A stretch of DNA of 62,932 bases, counting the filler, from Hyphochytrium catenoides (lineage: Eukaryota; Protista; Hyphochytriomycota): NCBI GenBank assembly GCA_900088475.1. It is 11 parts of 11 records of this genome, joined end to end, with 100 filler letters (N's around TTAATTAATTAA, not from the genome) between each part and the next. Parts side by side here need not be neighbours in the genome. Positions count along the whole stretch, not along the records: positions 37,643 to 52,091 come from FLMG01003699.1; 10 more parts are not named here. The stretch is one strand, 5' to 3'. Under the pieces are notes generated by a model. The model searched no databases and was not told where the DNA came from. It was given only the letters and a program-made list of their open reading frames with translations. Shown here piece after piece: positions 39,842 to 50,781 of this stretch; within the stretch, counting starts at the first letter, position 1; each line of letters starts with the position of its first letter. The translations under genes were made by a program, and so were the position numbers.

Positions 39842-41282
39842 TGAGGAGAGAACATCAAGAGATAAGGAGTATTGCCTGATTCGCCCTTCCACTCTCTGGT
39901 GTTTGGGGAAACATCCTGTGCCTGAGAAATCTCCTCAGTAATTGGAGTCAGGAGGGTCCCTCATTTGGCTCCCGCTCCTCTACGGACGGAAATGGTAATG
40001 GCGGGGCCGGATAGCTCACGTCGGCCCTTCGCAGATGGCTACTGGCAAGAGCTTGCAGCCAAATCAGCAGAGCTGGTGCGAGAGGTAGGGCAGCAGGCCG
40101 CTAGAGCTAGACAGGAAGCTGCTCATGCTCACGGACGCGCTCAGCAAACGGCTTTCTCTGTGCTTGTTCCACGTCCTCTTGGTGGCCCTCTGCTTCATGG
40201 CTATGGACGTAGACAAGAGTGTTAGCTCGCCTGAGCTGTCCTTCCCAGTTCTCTGCCTTACTTTCCACACACCCGCTTGACCCACGTATAACTTCGTCCC
40301 CGCCGAGAGTGGGGAGGGAGGGGGAAAGAAAACTCGTGGAATTGAGGGTATGTTGAAGCGTCAGCCTCTTATGCTAGTAGTAACTATTACATAAGCCTAA
40401 CGAGGGGTCATCTGTCATCTTGTCCTGCCAATCACTACCACGATACTACTTCTATCCTTCCGAGACAGCGCCTTGTAGGCTAATAGTGAGCAAGAAGCTC
40501 GTCTGTGAGTTCCCATCCATCTCCCTGCCATGCGAGCTCTTCGCCACTTCACAAACAAGCTCCTAGAAATTGTTGTCGGACAATTGTGCTCCCTTCTGCT
40601 GGTGAGCTCGAATGAGTATATGGGTCCAGAATATTCCCGTCCACAGAAGCTGAACTCGACAGAAATATATTTAAGCTAAATCCTTTCTCACCACCTTACT
40701 CTGACTGTTAGCCACATGTCCCAAGACCGGTATGAGCTGCTGCTTCTCCCTCTCAAAGGCTCGTTTTGGGAGCCTCCTCAGGTCTCTTGCGGTGATGCTT
40801 CCTAGACAGAGATCATCTCAAACTCAAAGAGCGTCCTATTCCATCCCTTTTCGAGGTATGCATCGCTCATAGCATGAAGGAACGTCTTTCTCATCGGAAA
40901 ATCATTCTCATCGGCGCTCTTCCTACTGATAACTCTCTGCAATCTTGTGGGGAGGATGACTACTGAGGAAGTTGAAAGGTTTAAGGAAACGAGGAAGTGC
41001 CCCTTACACCGCACCAACTTCTCCCTTCCTTACTTGCCCTTCCCATGCTCTCCAATATGCAAGTGCGCTCTCGCACCATATAGTTCCAGCAGATGGTGGC
41101 AAGGTCAAGGTGGGCAGCAGAACAGGTGATGAGTAACGGATGGAGCGCGATGATACAAGCGGCGCCATCCGCGGCCGGCCGGATTATTACGAGAAGAAAA
41201 AGCTTCAAACTCCGTGCAATCAAGCTTGGCCCAGTAAGTAGTAAAAAATAATGCCTTCAGGGCAAAAAGTTGAGAGCTTATC

Positions 41283-41355
41283 TGCTCGAACTGGGGATCG
41301 AACCCAGGACCTCCGGATTATGAGACCGACGCTCTACCAACTGAGCCATTCGAGC
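41283..41355 (-). tRNA. tRNA-Met (CAT), elongator type
   Basis: GCTCGAATGGCTCAGTTGGTAGAGCGTCGGTCTCATAATCCGGAGGTCCTGGGTTCGATCCCCAGTTCGAGCA folds as a cloverleaf; G1-C72, U31-U39, GTTCG T-loop; no intron. Confidence 0.96.
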
Positions 41356-41819
41356 CCTCAAGTTGGAATCTTAAAGCAAAGTTTTATCCTTGAACCAGAA
41401 GTCCGTAGTAGTCGTTACCGGCGCTCAAAGGACAGCTTCAACTTCGCCAACGAACATCATCTCCTTTCCTTCCTTCTCTCCCTTCCCTGACCGCGCTCCC
41501 ACATCCTCCTCCCCCCTCGGCTCAACACGCCACTCGTATCTTCCCCATCAACGCAACGCTGCGGTGAAGGACCTTGCGATCCTTTGCTAAAGGATATGAC
41601 GCTGCTGCGACGGTCTGGTCGGCTGCCTATCTCCTTTCTCTATCGTATAAGGGCCGCTCGTCTATACACTCTGTCGGGCCTTGTCCAGGCCTCCTTCGGT
41701 TCACAAACCCGCTGGAGAGTTGATATATAGAGGAAGATATAGAGAGACAACAAAGCGGAAGATCAAAGAGGGTAAAGAAGGTAAGGGGACGGGAGGAAAG
41801 CTGAGCGGACGGACGGAAG

Positions 41820-43766
41820 ATGGCATTTAAGACCCCAAGTCTTTCCTCGGCACTCTTCTCTCTCGCAGTGTTATTTTCGCTCTCCCTCTCGCTAGCCTTG
41901 GAGCACAGTGCCTCCTCTTACTATGAGCACGCAGTCTCTCTTCTCGATAAAGGCGACCTTCTCGCCGCTATCTCAGCTTTCCAACAAGTCAAGATCTTAG
42001 AACAGCATCCCTCTCCGGAGACAGAGTTTAGCTTGGCGTGGACGTTCAGCCAGCTGGAAGGAGAGACAGAGAAAGAAAGAGCCATAGAACACTATCGCCG
42101 TGCCTTACGCATTGATCCGGGTCACTGGCGAAGCTCCTATAATCTCGCGTTCCTTCTTTGCGAGCGAGGAGAGTACAATGCTTCTCTCTCGCTGTACCAA
42201 CACGCCACGTGGATGGCGCCACACATGGAGGAAATAGCTAGCGATAGATGCTACTGCGTTTCTCAGGCACGCGGAGAGATAGCGGCAATAGAATGCATCA
42301 ACGAGGCATTAGGACAGAACCCAAACTCCCTCATGCTCAAAGCAAACTTAGGCGTTTTGCTCATGGAGAGTGGCGGTGCGCTAAGTCGAGAGGGAGAGCC
42401 CATGGCAGAGAGGCTGCTGAGAGATGCATGTGCTCGAGGTGGTGAGTCAGAGTTCTGCTACTCTCTTGGCATCTGCATACAGAACTACGGCTGTCATGTC
42501 GGAGAAAGAGAAGTCCAGGCGTACGGATGGGACTCCTCCTGCAGCCCGTCTCTCTTCTTTGAGCGAGCTCAAAACGCATTCACGCAGAGATTCCTACAGC
42601 AAGGAAAGCCTCTCAGAATCGTCTACGACCCGCAAAAGGAGATAGACATTGAGACGAAGGAGCTTTTTTCTTGGCACCCACGCCTATTCACTGAGGAGTT
42701 CTATGAGGTCACTGAGGATGGAATTTCTTTCAAACGAGAACTCCACGTGGAGAATGGGCCGATCTTCCGCTTTGAGGTGACGAATGTGACGATAGTAGGT
42801 AATTATAGAGAAGCAATGGCTTATGATGCTGCCGGACATAGAGTGTTCTCTCTTCTCCACGGCGTCTCCCTGCCAGTCCATCGCGTCCCCTTCCAAAAGG
42901 CTAGCCAGCGGACTACACTACTCTCGAGGTGCGCCACTATTCTCCAGACAGCCCGAAAGAACTACTATCACAATCTCTTCGAGATGCTTCCCAGGCTTTA
43001 CCTTCTCCGCTCTCTTCTGTTGCAAGACATCGCACTTTCTCTCCTTCTCCCTGCGGAGAACAAGCCCTTCTGGACCTTCGTATTGCGCACCTTGGGCCTA
43101 GAGAGCCTCTTGAAAGAGAATCGGGTGCACTACTTCGACGGGAGTGTCGCATACCAGGTGGAAAGGCTTATCCTCGTCGACTGGCAGCGGACAGTAGTGA
43201 AGTCCCTCTACCAGCGGCAACACACGGCGGAGATTTTCCTTCCTCCTCGCGTCCTACTGGAGAACGTCCGGAGCTCCTTCACTCCCGTCGGCCTCCCTCA
43301 ACCTGCCAGGAACCTTGTGATATGGGTATCTCGTAGCAAGGACGCGAAAAGCAGGAAGGCCGTAAATGAGGCTGAGGTGATAGAAACGGTTAGAACATCT
43401 CTCTGTCCTGGGGAGGAGCTGGTTGTCTTCGACTCTTCTGACTACAGCCCTCACAAGGCTGCCCTGTTATTTCAAAGAGCAGCGACCATTGTGGCGGTGC
43501 ACGGAGCTGGCTTGGCAAATATGATGTTCGCCTCAGCCGGGGCACTAGTGGTAGAGATTGCGTTACATGAGGGCAATCATCGGATGTTCTACCTCCACAG
43601 TGCGGCTGCGCTCAGGCACAAGATGGTGGTAGTCAACGGCACCCAAAGCGGGCAGTTCTCCTCAGACATCAAGGTTCCGCTTACAGGATTGACGGCTGCG
43701 TTGAGGTCATTCAAGACTTGTGGACTGAACCAGCGAGGGAGCGGGGCGATAGCTGAAGTATCATAG
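41820..43766 (+). CDS. Signal peptide + TPR repeats + glycosyltransferase family 61 (DUF563) domain; intronless
   Basis: Hydrophobic N-terminus; TPRs (AIEHYRRALRIDPGHWRSSYNLA); GT61 motifs NYYHNLFEMLPRL, WVSR...SRKAVNEAEV, LFQRAATIVAVHGAGLANMMF...VVEI. Confidence 0.92.
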   Translation: MAFKTPSLSSALFSLAVLFSLSLSLALEHSASSYYEHAVSLLDKGDLLAAISAFQQVKILEQHPSPETEFSLAWTFSQLEGETEKERAIEHYRRALRIDPGHWRSSYNLAFLLCERGEYNASLSLYQHATWMAPHMEEIASDRCYCVSQARGEIAAIECINEALGQNPNSLMLKANLGVLLMESGGALSREGEPMAERLLRDACARGGESEFCYSLGICIQNYGCHVGEREVQAYGWDSSCSPSLFFERAQNAFTQRFLQQGKPLRIVYDPQKEIDIETKELFSWHPRLFTEEFYEVTEDGISFKRELHVENGPIFRFEVTNVTIVGNYREAMAYDAAGHRVFSLLHGVSLPVHRVPFQKASQRTTLLSRCATILQTARKNYYHNLFEMLPRLYLLRSLLLQDIALSLLLPAENKPFWTFVLRTLGLESLLKENRVHYFDGSVAYQVERLILVDWQRTVVKSLYQRQHTAEIFLPPRVLLENVRSSFTPVGLPQPARNLVIWVSRSKDAKSRKAVNEAEVIETVRTSLCPGEELVVFDSSDYSPHKAALLFQRAATIVAVHGAGLANMMFASAGALVVEIALHEGNHRMFYLHSAAALRHKMVVVNGTQSGQFSSDIKVPLTGLTAALRSFKTCGLNQRGSGAIAEVS

Positions 43767-45174
43767 TGCTAGGGTGAGGGGCGAGGATCTTGAGAGGGTA
43801 ATGGATAGGGTGAAAAGCCTATATGAGGACAAGCAGCGAAGAGGTAGTAGGGACAGGATAAAGAAGATGGGCCTGAGCCAAGTCAGAGATGTTTAGATGA
43901 GATATAGAAGAAGTGTATGTAAAAGAGATGGTGTTTGTCTGCAACTCCATCCTTCCAGTCGCTCTTGCGACCAACTGCTGCCATTCAGCGGAGCTAAACC
44001 CCTGCCGTCATGATGACCCGGTATCTAAGAATATTCTGAACGAGCTTGCTCCTCTTAGCGGCGTCAGTGCTAAGAAGTCCGTCGATCTCGGTGGACTGTG
44101 GCTCAGTGCTAGTCCTTATTTACTCTACTGAGTACAGATAGGACAGGTTGTTAGGGCTGGAGAAGAGACATTAGGTTTCACTCTCTCGTCCTCTTTTTCT
44201 TGTACCTTTGGCATCATAGCTCCTGCAGTTATTCCTGAGTAACCTTCCCTCTCCTGCTTTGACGATTCCCTTGCTTTTCCTTCTCCTTAATTCACGAAGG
44301 TCGATCTGCTGTGTCCCTCTTCTTTCCAGAAAGAGGGCTCCAGCCCTCTTCTTCACTTCTCTTTCGTTCTCAGAATAAAACAACGACTTGTCGTCTCTGT
44401 CAGCCATACATATAATTATAGGCGCCTGACCCTCTGCGTACCTCCTTCCCGGTGGCGGTGCTCGTGCTTGCAGGTCCCCTTGCCCTTCTCGTTGGTGATG
44501 AGCCTTTTGGTTTCTTTCCTTCATTTTCACTCCCTTTCGATGATCCAGGTTTTCCTTTCATTTCTTTCAACCCATCAATCATCTCTCCGTCTGCAGCCTT
44601 GCCCCAGCGTCTTCTTGGATTGCTGGTCTTACGCCCTCACCACCAACAGTTAGTACTCTTCTAACCACTACTGCCCCCATCACCTTTCCATATCCATCAA
44701 GGAATAGAGCCATCAATCTGCTCGCTGGCAGCAAGGCGGTGTTAGTGTCACCAGAATTAGAGTGCGGCGGCATTGCGCCACGAGAAGGCCCGGGACAGAG
44801 GACATTGGGTCAAGCGAATGAAGTTTATTGTTTACCTAGGTCAATGGTCTTTGAAGCAGCAGCAGGATGAGGAATCAGGACTGCTAATGACAAGCCGGAA
44901 ATTTCTCAGAATGATTCTTCTCAACTTCTCTTCTACATCTTGATCCTTCTTCCTTCTCCTCCTTCTGTCGCCTTATTTCTCTGCCCGCAACCGCTTTGAC
45001 TCTGGTCTCAGCCACCATCACCTCACCACCATGCATATTCTTGCGGCTGACCCATCATACTGCCAGGCCATACCTGCTGCTGCTTGTTGCGGTTGTCTTT
45101 AAGCGCACACCCACCTCCTGTCTCATGATGCGGCTCCCTCTCGGACGTCTTCTATTGTCCTTCATAGCAATAGT

Positions 45175-45295
45175 AAGAAGGGAGAACTGGCAGGACAAGA
45201 AGAGAATGGGCCGGGGAGTGCTACAGAAGAAAGGGAAAGGACCAAAACCTCCCCACCAGCCCTTTCTCTTCTTGTCCTGCCAGTTCTCCCTTCTT
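45175..45295. repeat. Perfect 32-bp inverted repeat (arms 45175-45206 and 45264-45295, 57-nt spacer)
   Basis: AAGAAGGGAGAACTGGCAGGACAAGAAGAGAA and its exact reverse complement. Confidence 0.9.
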
Positions 45296-47911
45296 TTCAA
45301 CTCTGGAATATTATTAGAGGTTGGGAACTAGGAATCTCCCCTCCTTCGGTTCAGTACTTTCCTCCTTCCTGCTACTGCTGGTGCCTCTGCCACCACCAGC
45401 TGCACTACCTACAGCCGTCGTTCAGTCTCTAGGAATAATATTGGTCTGCTGCTCTCCTCCCTAATGAGTTGTCTGGATCTTCCTCCGTTTCGCTTACAAG
45501 GAAGCTTCCTTAGTTGTCCGTGGATGATTGCGTGTTGTGTGTGATCAAGTTGATGGAGGTGAGCTACTCTTCTCCTAGCCCACTCCCACCGTGGGGCGAC
45601 CCCCAGTGCCCNNNNNNNNNNNNNNNNNNNNNNNCCCCCCATTATTTTTTTCCTTTTCTCTTCTTCTTCCTTCTTCTCTAACTTTGTTTCTCCAAGAACA
45701 ACAATTGTCCCTCCTTCTTCTGGATACTTCTTCTACGATGTGATCAAATGCTGGCCGCTCCACAGCAGCAGCAGCAGAGTCGATGACAAGTAGCGGTTTG
45801 TGGTGGAGGACGGGAAGGGAGGAGGGTTGTTCCTCCACCACCAGCTTGATAAGAAGTGGAAGAAGAAGAAGAATAATGCTCTGGAGTAGTCTCTTGCCTA
45901 CTAAGAAGAGAGCAATCAAACCGACAGGACAGACGACGACAGCCACGGGGGAAAGTTCCTGTTCCTCACCCGCTTCAAAGATAAGAGAACTAGCAGAGGA
46001 TGGACGAGGAAACGACAAGCAACAACAGTGTCATTGTGAAGTGGAGTGAGGAAGAAGTATAAAGGGCGAAAGATGATGAGCCTCCTTCCTGGTCATGGAC
46101 TTCACGTCTTTTCCTCCTCCGAGCTAGACTGTATGTAGCCTCCTCTTCCTCCTCCTCAGTTGGTCCTTCCCAGGCCTTTAAAGAGCCGGCACTCATCCTC
46201 CCTGCACCTACTCCTCCTGTGCCTGTGTCAAGCCTCCCACCTCAAGCCCACTCCAATCCCCATCCTCTTATCGCGTCAGTATCCATCCTCTGTCTTTTGG
46301 TCCTCGCTCAATCCTGCCATCAATGTAGGATCTCCTCTCTTCTGCTTCCGCTCTCTAGTCATCCCTATCTTTCTATTACACCACTGTCGATAAATAGCAT
46401 GATGCTAGCTAAACATTTCTTCTTCCTCTTTACGAGTACAGCCACCGGTCACCTGGCTCTTCACCTGGTGTCCAACTCCCTACCCTTTCTTGTTCTCTCT
46501 GTTCATCACTCCTCTCCGTCTTATTACCGCATTTGTTTGTGGAAGAAGTGAGTAGTAGGATTGGTGTATCATCTTATCCAGTACTGCCTCGCTTCCACGA
46601 GTATCTCCATAATAGATACTAATAATCCTCCGTGGCACCGCACCACTGCCCACCGTCACACCAGTATCATCTCCATCTTCTAGCCCTTCCTTCTCTGTTT
46701 CTCACGCTGTACTTCCTCTTTTTAGAAAATAAACCAAGGACTGCGGAGGGCAGTAGGAGGCGATGATGAGAAGGGAAAGGGGGAGAGGGGAAGAGTTAGC
46801 TGGAATGACGCGGAGTTGGCTCTTCCATCATCATACAATTTGCTACGTATTGAACCTGGATCCTTCCCTGTCCCTGCAACTCATCATCGTTGACAGGAAG
46901 CCCTGACGAAGAGAAAAAGAAGGTTCCCCGTTCACTTCTACCTTCTTCTTCTTCCCACACTTTGCTGCTGTACTTCATCTGCCGCCCCCTTTTTCTCACA
47001 TTCTTCCCTCAAGAGGGCTCACCACCATGATGGTGTCTTTCTGTACCTTCGTGGTTCCCTCACCACCGAGGATCAGCAGCAGCAGCTTCATTCTAAATAA
47101 TATGGTCACTGAAAAGATTAGTCACGATCGTACTGCTGCTTCGTCTCCTGAGAGTTGCCCTCTCGTTTCTGCTTCCATCGGCGGTGTGTTGAAGAGAAGG
47201 AACTTGATTTTCATCTCTGAGCGTTTAACCTATTACTATTGGGAGGCGAGACGGCCAGGAGGAGAAGAGAAGTTCCTCAACAAGTGACCCTGTCAAGTCA
47301 ATGGTGTTAGTGGTGTAGGATCAGATCATCAACACAGTCTCAGAAAAGAGCTAGTTCCTCTCCTCTGATTGTTAGGTTGTACATCATGATGATTTTTTAT
47401 GACTTAGAGCAGCAGTATGACTGTCCAGCAGCGTTGCCTACAATCACGCTTTTCTCTCCACCCGCAGCTGTGCTACACCGCTGGATAAAGAAGATATTCT
47501 TCACAGGCTGCGATCTTATTCCATCTGTAGGAACTGACAACTTCTTTCCTCGCTCAATCTTCCTTCTGGTGCATATTCTCTCGTCTGACTCCACACTGGT
47601 CCTCCTCCTTCCGCTGCTCTAAAGCTTCTCCCACCGTATCCCATGCTCTTCTTTCCTTCTTTCCCTTGAGAAGGCGACCCTTGATGCGGCACCTAGTAGC
47701 TTGCTCTTTGGGCCAGTTCTCGGTCTCCTTCGTTGTTCACAACATCTTTCGCTATGCGTAGGAGCATTAATCGGACACCTCATCATCACCGCCGGCGATC
47801 CGCCTCCTTGACTTAATATAACTCCCTGCCTCGCGCTCTGCTGCAAAGAGGATTAAGAGGAACCCAATAAAGAAAGGCGAGGGCCTAGAAAGATTGAAAA
47901 CAGCCACAGGG

Positions 47912-50020
47912 ATGGCAGGCGATCTACTCGGGCCGTCCGAACGGCTTTCTAATGCAGTACTGGTCCCCGAGCCACATTCCGTCACCCTTCCCTCCTGCCG
48001 TCAAGCCGTAAACCCTGTTCTGCCTCCTCCCACCTTCATTGCATCACCCTCTAAGAGCCCCGAAGCCGATGTGGGAGAGAAGGGCCAAGAAGAGCTGGGA
48101 GGAGACATTTATCACATCTCCTTCAATCCCCAGCAGGGCGTTCCTAACCTCTTCACAAGGCGATTCCTCGGCATCCTGGCGGAATATCTTCTTTGGGGCT
48201 TGGTGTACGGAACGACGACCTCCATTCTCTACCCAGTCCTTGTCGTGAAGAATCTGGAGGAACCCAACTTCCTGACTGCGGCCTATGCAATGGTGATGAT
48301 CTTCTATACCTATAAAGTGTTCTACGGACTGCTGGCCGACTGCGTTCCCATTGCAGGCATGAAGCGCAAGCCGTATATTATTCTAGGTTGGCTCCTGTCG
48401 GCCGGGTTGTTCATGGGCCTGGCTCTGCAAGGAAAAGATGTTTCGTCAGTGTCTCTGGTGCTCTTTCTGGCCCTCGCAAACTTCGCTTACGTTCTCTCTG
48501 ATACTGTGTCGGATGGTATGGTGGTGTGGATTGCCCACCGAGAGCCACTGGAGAAGAGAGGAAAGGCTCAGACTTTGGTATATCTCTTTCTTATGGCTGG
48601 CCGGACCTTGGGGGCTCTATTGGTTGGCTTTTTTTTCTCTGGTCCCACGACCACCTGCCCAGGATACGAACCAGATCCTACCCAGCCCTGCACCAGCGAC
48701 CGCTCCATCATTCAGAGAACCGAATGGGGACGCCTTCCTCCATCTCGTCTCCCTTTTGACTGGTGCCACCGTGTCTGTAGCAGTGCTCTTTTTACTTTCG
48801 AGATATCTCTCTCCCAGTTGGCCTGGATACTAGCTGCAACTCAGCTCATGCTACTGCCGTCTTTCTACTTCTTCATCTATGATGAACCCGCCGTAAGAAA
48901 GAAAGTCAAAGACGTACTTCAAGGCTTCTGGGATGCCCTGCAACGACGAGCAGTGTGGCAACTGTCGTTTTACCTCCTCTTCTCTCATCTTCTCTTTGGC
49001 ATCACCAACAATGCGCAGACAAATACTCTGCACATCTGGCTGCGTCTCTCTCCTTTGCAAAAGAGTCTTCTGGATGTCTTCGAGAACCTGATCTTCATTT
49101 CCGGCATACTTCTAATCCGCCAATACTTCTTGAATGTCAGCTGGCACCGACTGGTGATTGTTGGCTCCCTTCTCCAGGTTTCTCTGTCGTCCCTCTATCT
49201 CCTTATTGTGTTCAAGATTTGGCGAAACCCATGGTTCTACATCGTATCAGATGTCTCGGTCACCTTTACTGGTACTCTCAACCACATGGTTGGCACGTTG
49301 TGCATTGCTGAGGTCTGCCCACAAGGCTATGAGGCAGCAGGCTACGCGATGGTTAGTGCCGCTAACAATCTCGTCCGCCCTCTTTCGGCTGTCCTCTCTA
49401 ATCAAGTCTCTTCCCTCTTTTCCCTCTCAAACGCTGATTTGAGGCGAGACGATAAAGATGTGCATATGCAGTACTTCTATTGCTGGTTGCTCACTGTGGC
49501 CATCAACCTTTCCAGTCTTCTGGTACTTCCTCTACTGCCGAACCAAAAAAAGGAGGCCAGGGAGCTCTATGCAAGTGGAGATTCGTCTTCCTTCTGGCGG
49601 ATGGTTCTCCTCTCCTCGTATGCGGTTTGTATGGTGTACGGGACAGTCTCAAACCTTCTCGCCCTCTTTCCTGAGATCAAGTGCCATAAAGTGCTTGGAG
49701 GGAGCGGATGTGTCTCATCTTCCCAGCACCAAACCGGAGTAGCAAAGGGAGGAGAGGGAGGAGGGGCAATGTCATCGCCTTCTTCTTCACAGTCTTCCAC
49801 ACCGTCTTCCTCTGCCGTCAGGCCAAGCATCGCCACGCCCCCTCCCGCGGTAGTTGCAGCTGAGTCTAACCTGGGAGTCGGGATCCTACTGGCTGTGGTG
49901 TTCACCTTTATCGTTCTCTGCACGTTGGCACTGGGCTACCGCCAGCATCTATCAAGAGCTTATCGGTGGCTAAGGACCAGGACTAGGAGAAGCACTCCTT
50001 CTTCAAGTGGAACCCAATAA
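47912..50020 (+). CDS. BT1 / folate-biopterin transporter family (MFS); intronless
   Basis: YKVFYGLLADCVPIAGMKRKPYIILGW, DTVSDGMVV...REPLEKRGKAQT, RNPWFY, AEVCPQGYEAAGYAMV, LPLLPNQK; 12 or more hydrophobic segments. Confidence 0.93.
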   Translation: MAGDLLGPSERLSNAVLVPEPHSVTLPSCRQAVNPVLPPPTFIASPSKSPEADVGEKGQEELGGDIYHISFNPQQGVPNLFTRRFLGILAEYLLWGLVYGTTTSILYPVLVVKNLEEPNFLTAAYAMVMIFYTYKVFYGLLADCVPIAGMKRKPYIILGWLLSAGLFMGLALQGKDVSSVSLVLFLALANFAYVLSDTVSDGMVVWIAHREPLEKRGKAQTLVYLFLMAGRTLGALLVGFFFSGPTTTCPGYEPDPTQPCTSDRSIIQRTEWGRLPPSRLPFDWCHRVCSSALFTFEISLSQLAWILAATQLMLLPSFYFFIYDEPAVRKKVKDVLQGFWDALQRRAVWQLSFYLLFSHLLFGITNNAQTNTLHIWLRLSPLQKSLLDVFENLIFISGILLIRQYFLNVSWHRLVIVGSLLQVSLSSLYLLIVFKIWRNPWFYIVSDVSVTFTGTLNHMVGTLCIAEVCPQGYEAAGYAMVSAANNLVRPLSAVLSNQVSSLFSLSNADLRRDDKDVHMQYFYCWLLTVAINLSSLLVLPLLPNQKKEARELYASGDSSSFWRMVLLSSYAVCMVYGTVSNLLALFPEIKCHKVLGGSGCVSSSQHQTGVAKGGEGGGAMSSPSSSQSSTPSSSAVRPSIATPPPAVVAAESNLGVGILLAVVFTFIVLCTLALGYRQHLSRAYRWLRTRTRRSTPSSSGTQ

Positions 50021-50781
50021 TTAGTAGCGCGGAAATAGTGGTAATTCTTCTAAAGGAGGAAGTTGCTGCGAATCAGAGATATGCATTTAGAGAGGAGTGA
50101 ACTGGACAAATAACTTCGCTCATATACCGTCCCACCGAACACAGTTCAATAACTTCTAGTTCTTCTCTCTTGAGGGGTCGCCGAAGAAAGCAACTTGAAA
50201 GATTCAATCATCGACGTAAACCACCCTTCATACGAAACTACTACAAGCTCTATTGAGGGCTAAGACAAAATGAAGGCAAATCGTAAAAGCGAATAAATGG
50301 CCTATTCCACCAAGGCAAATAATAATCCATACGTGATTGTCTTACGGGGCGGAGTCCGCTATTTCTTCTATCCAAATCCCTTCTCACAAAACAACTAAAA
50401 GCTTGCCCTGCCCTAAACGCCCAAGAGTTGTTCACTTGGACTTCCGCAGGTCAACTTTTAGTTAAGATAAGTGAGAGTTGGTGCCAAGGGGTTATTTGAC
50501 GCAGGAAAGCTAATGACGCGAGCATAATTTGCGAGTTCAATGCCAATCATTGCGAATTTGATTTTCCCACGAGGGTGTGAACTTGAGACAACTCGAGTTT
50601 TCGCGCCAACTGTCAAGCGATCGCACATTATGTAGTTGTCGCCTTCCTTGTAGCTCCATATATCTGCCAGCTTCACTTTCTTGGAGGCGTAAACCTTTTT
50701 CCATCGCTGCGTGATCGCTTTCGAAGAAACTCTCGTCGTCGGCGCCTTGCGCGGTTGGGCTTATTACTTCGCTCCTTCAAA

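Noticed and set aside
23147-50020. Sulfated-glycan gene cluster (sulfotransferase + GT61 + transporter)
   Set aside because: The sulfotransferase is on a different contig, two linkers away; GT61 and BT1 have no evident functional link.
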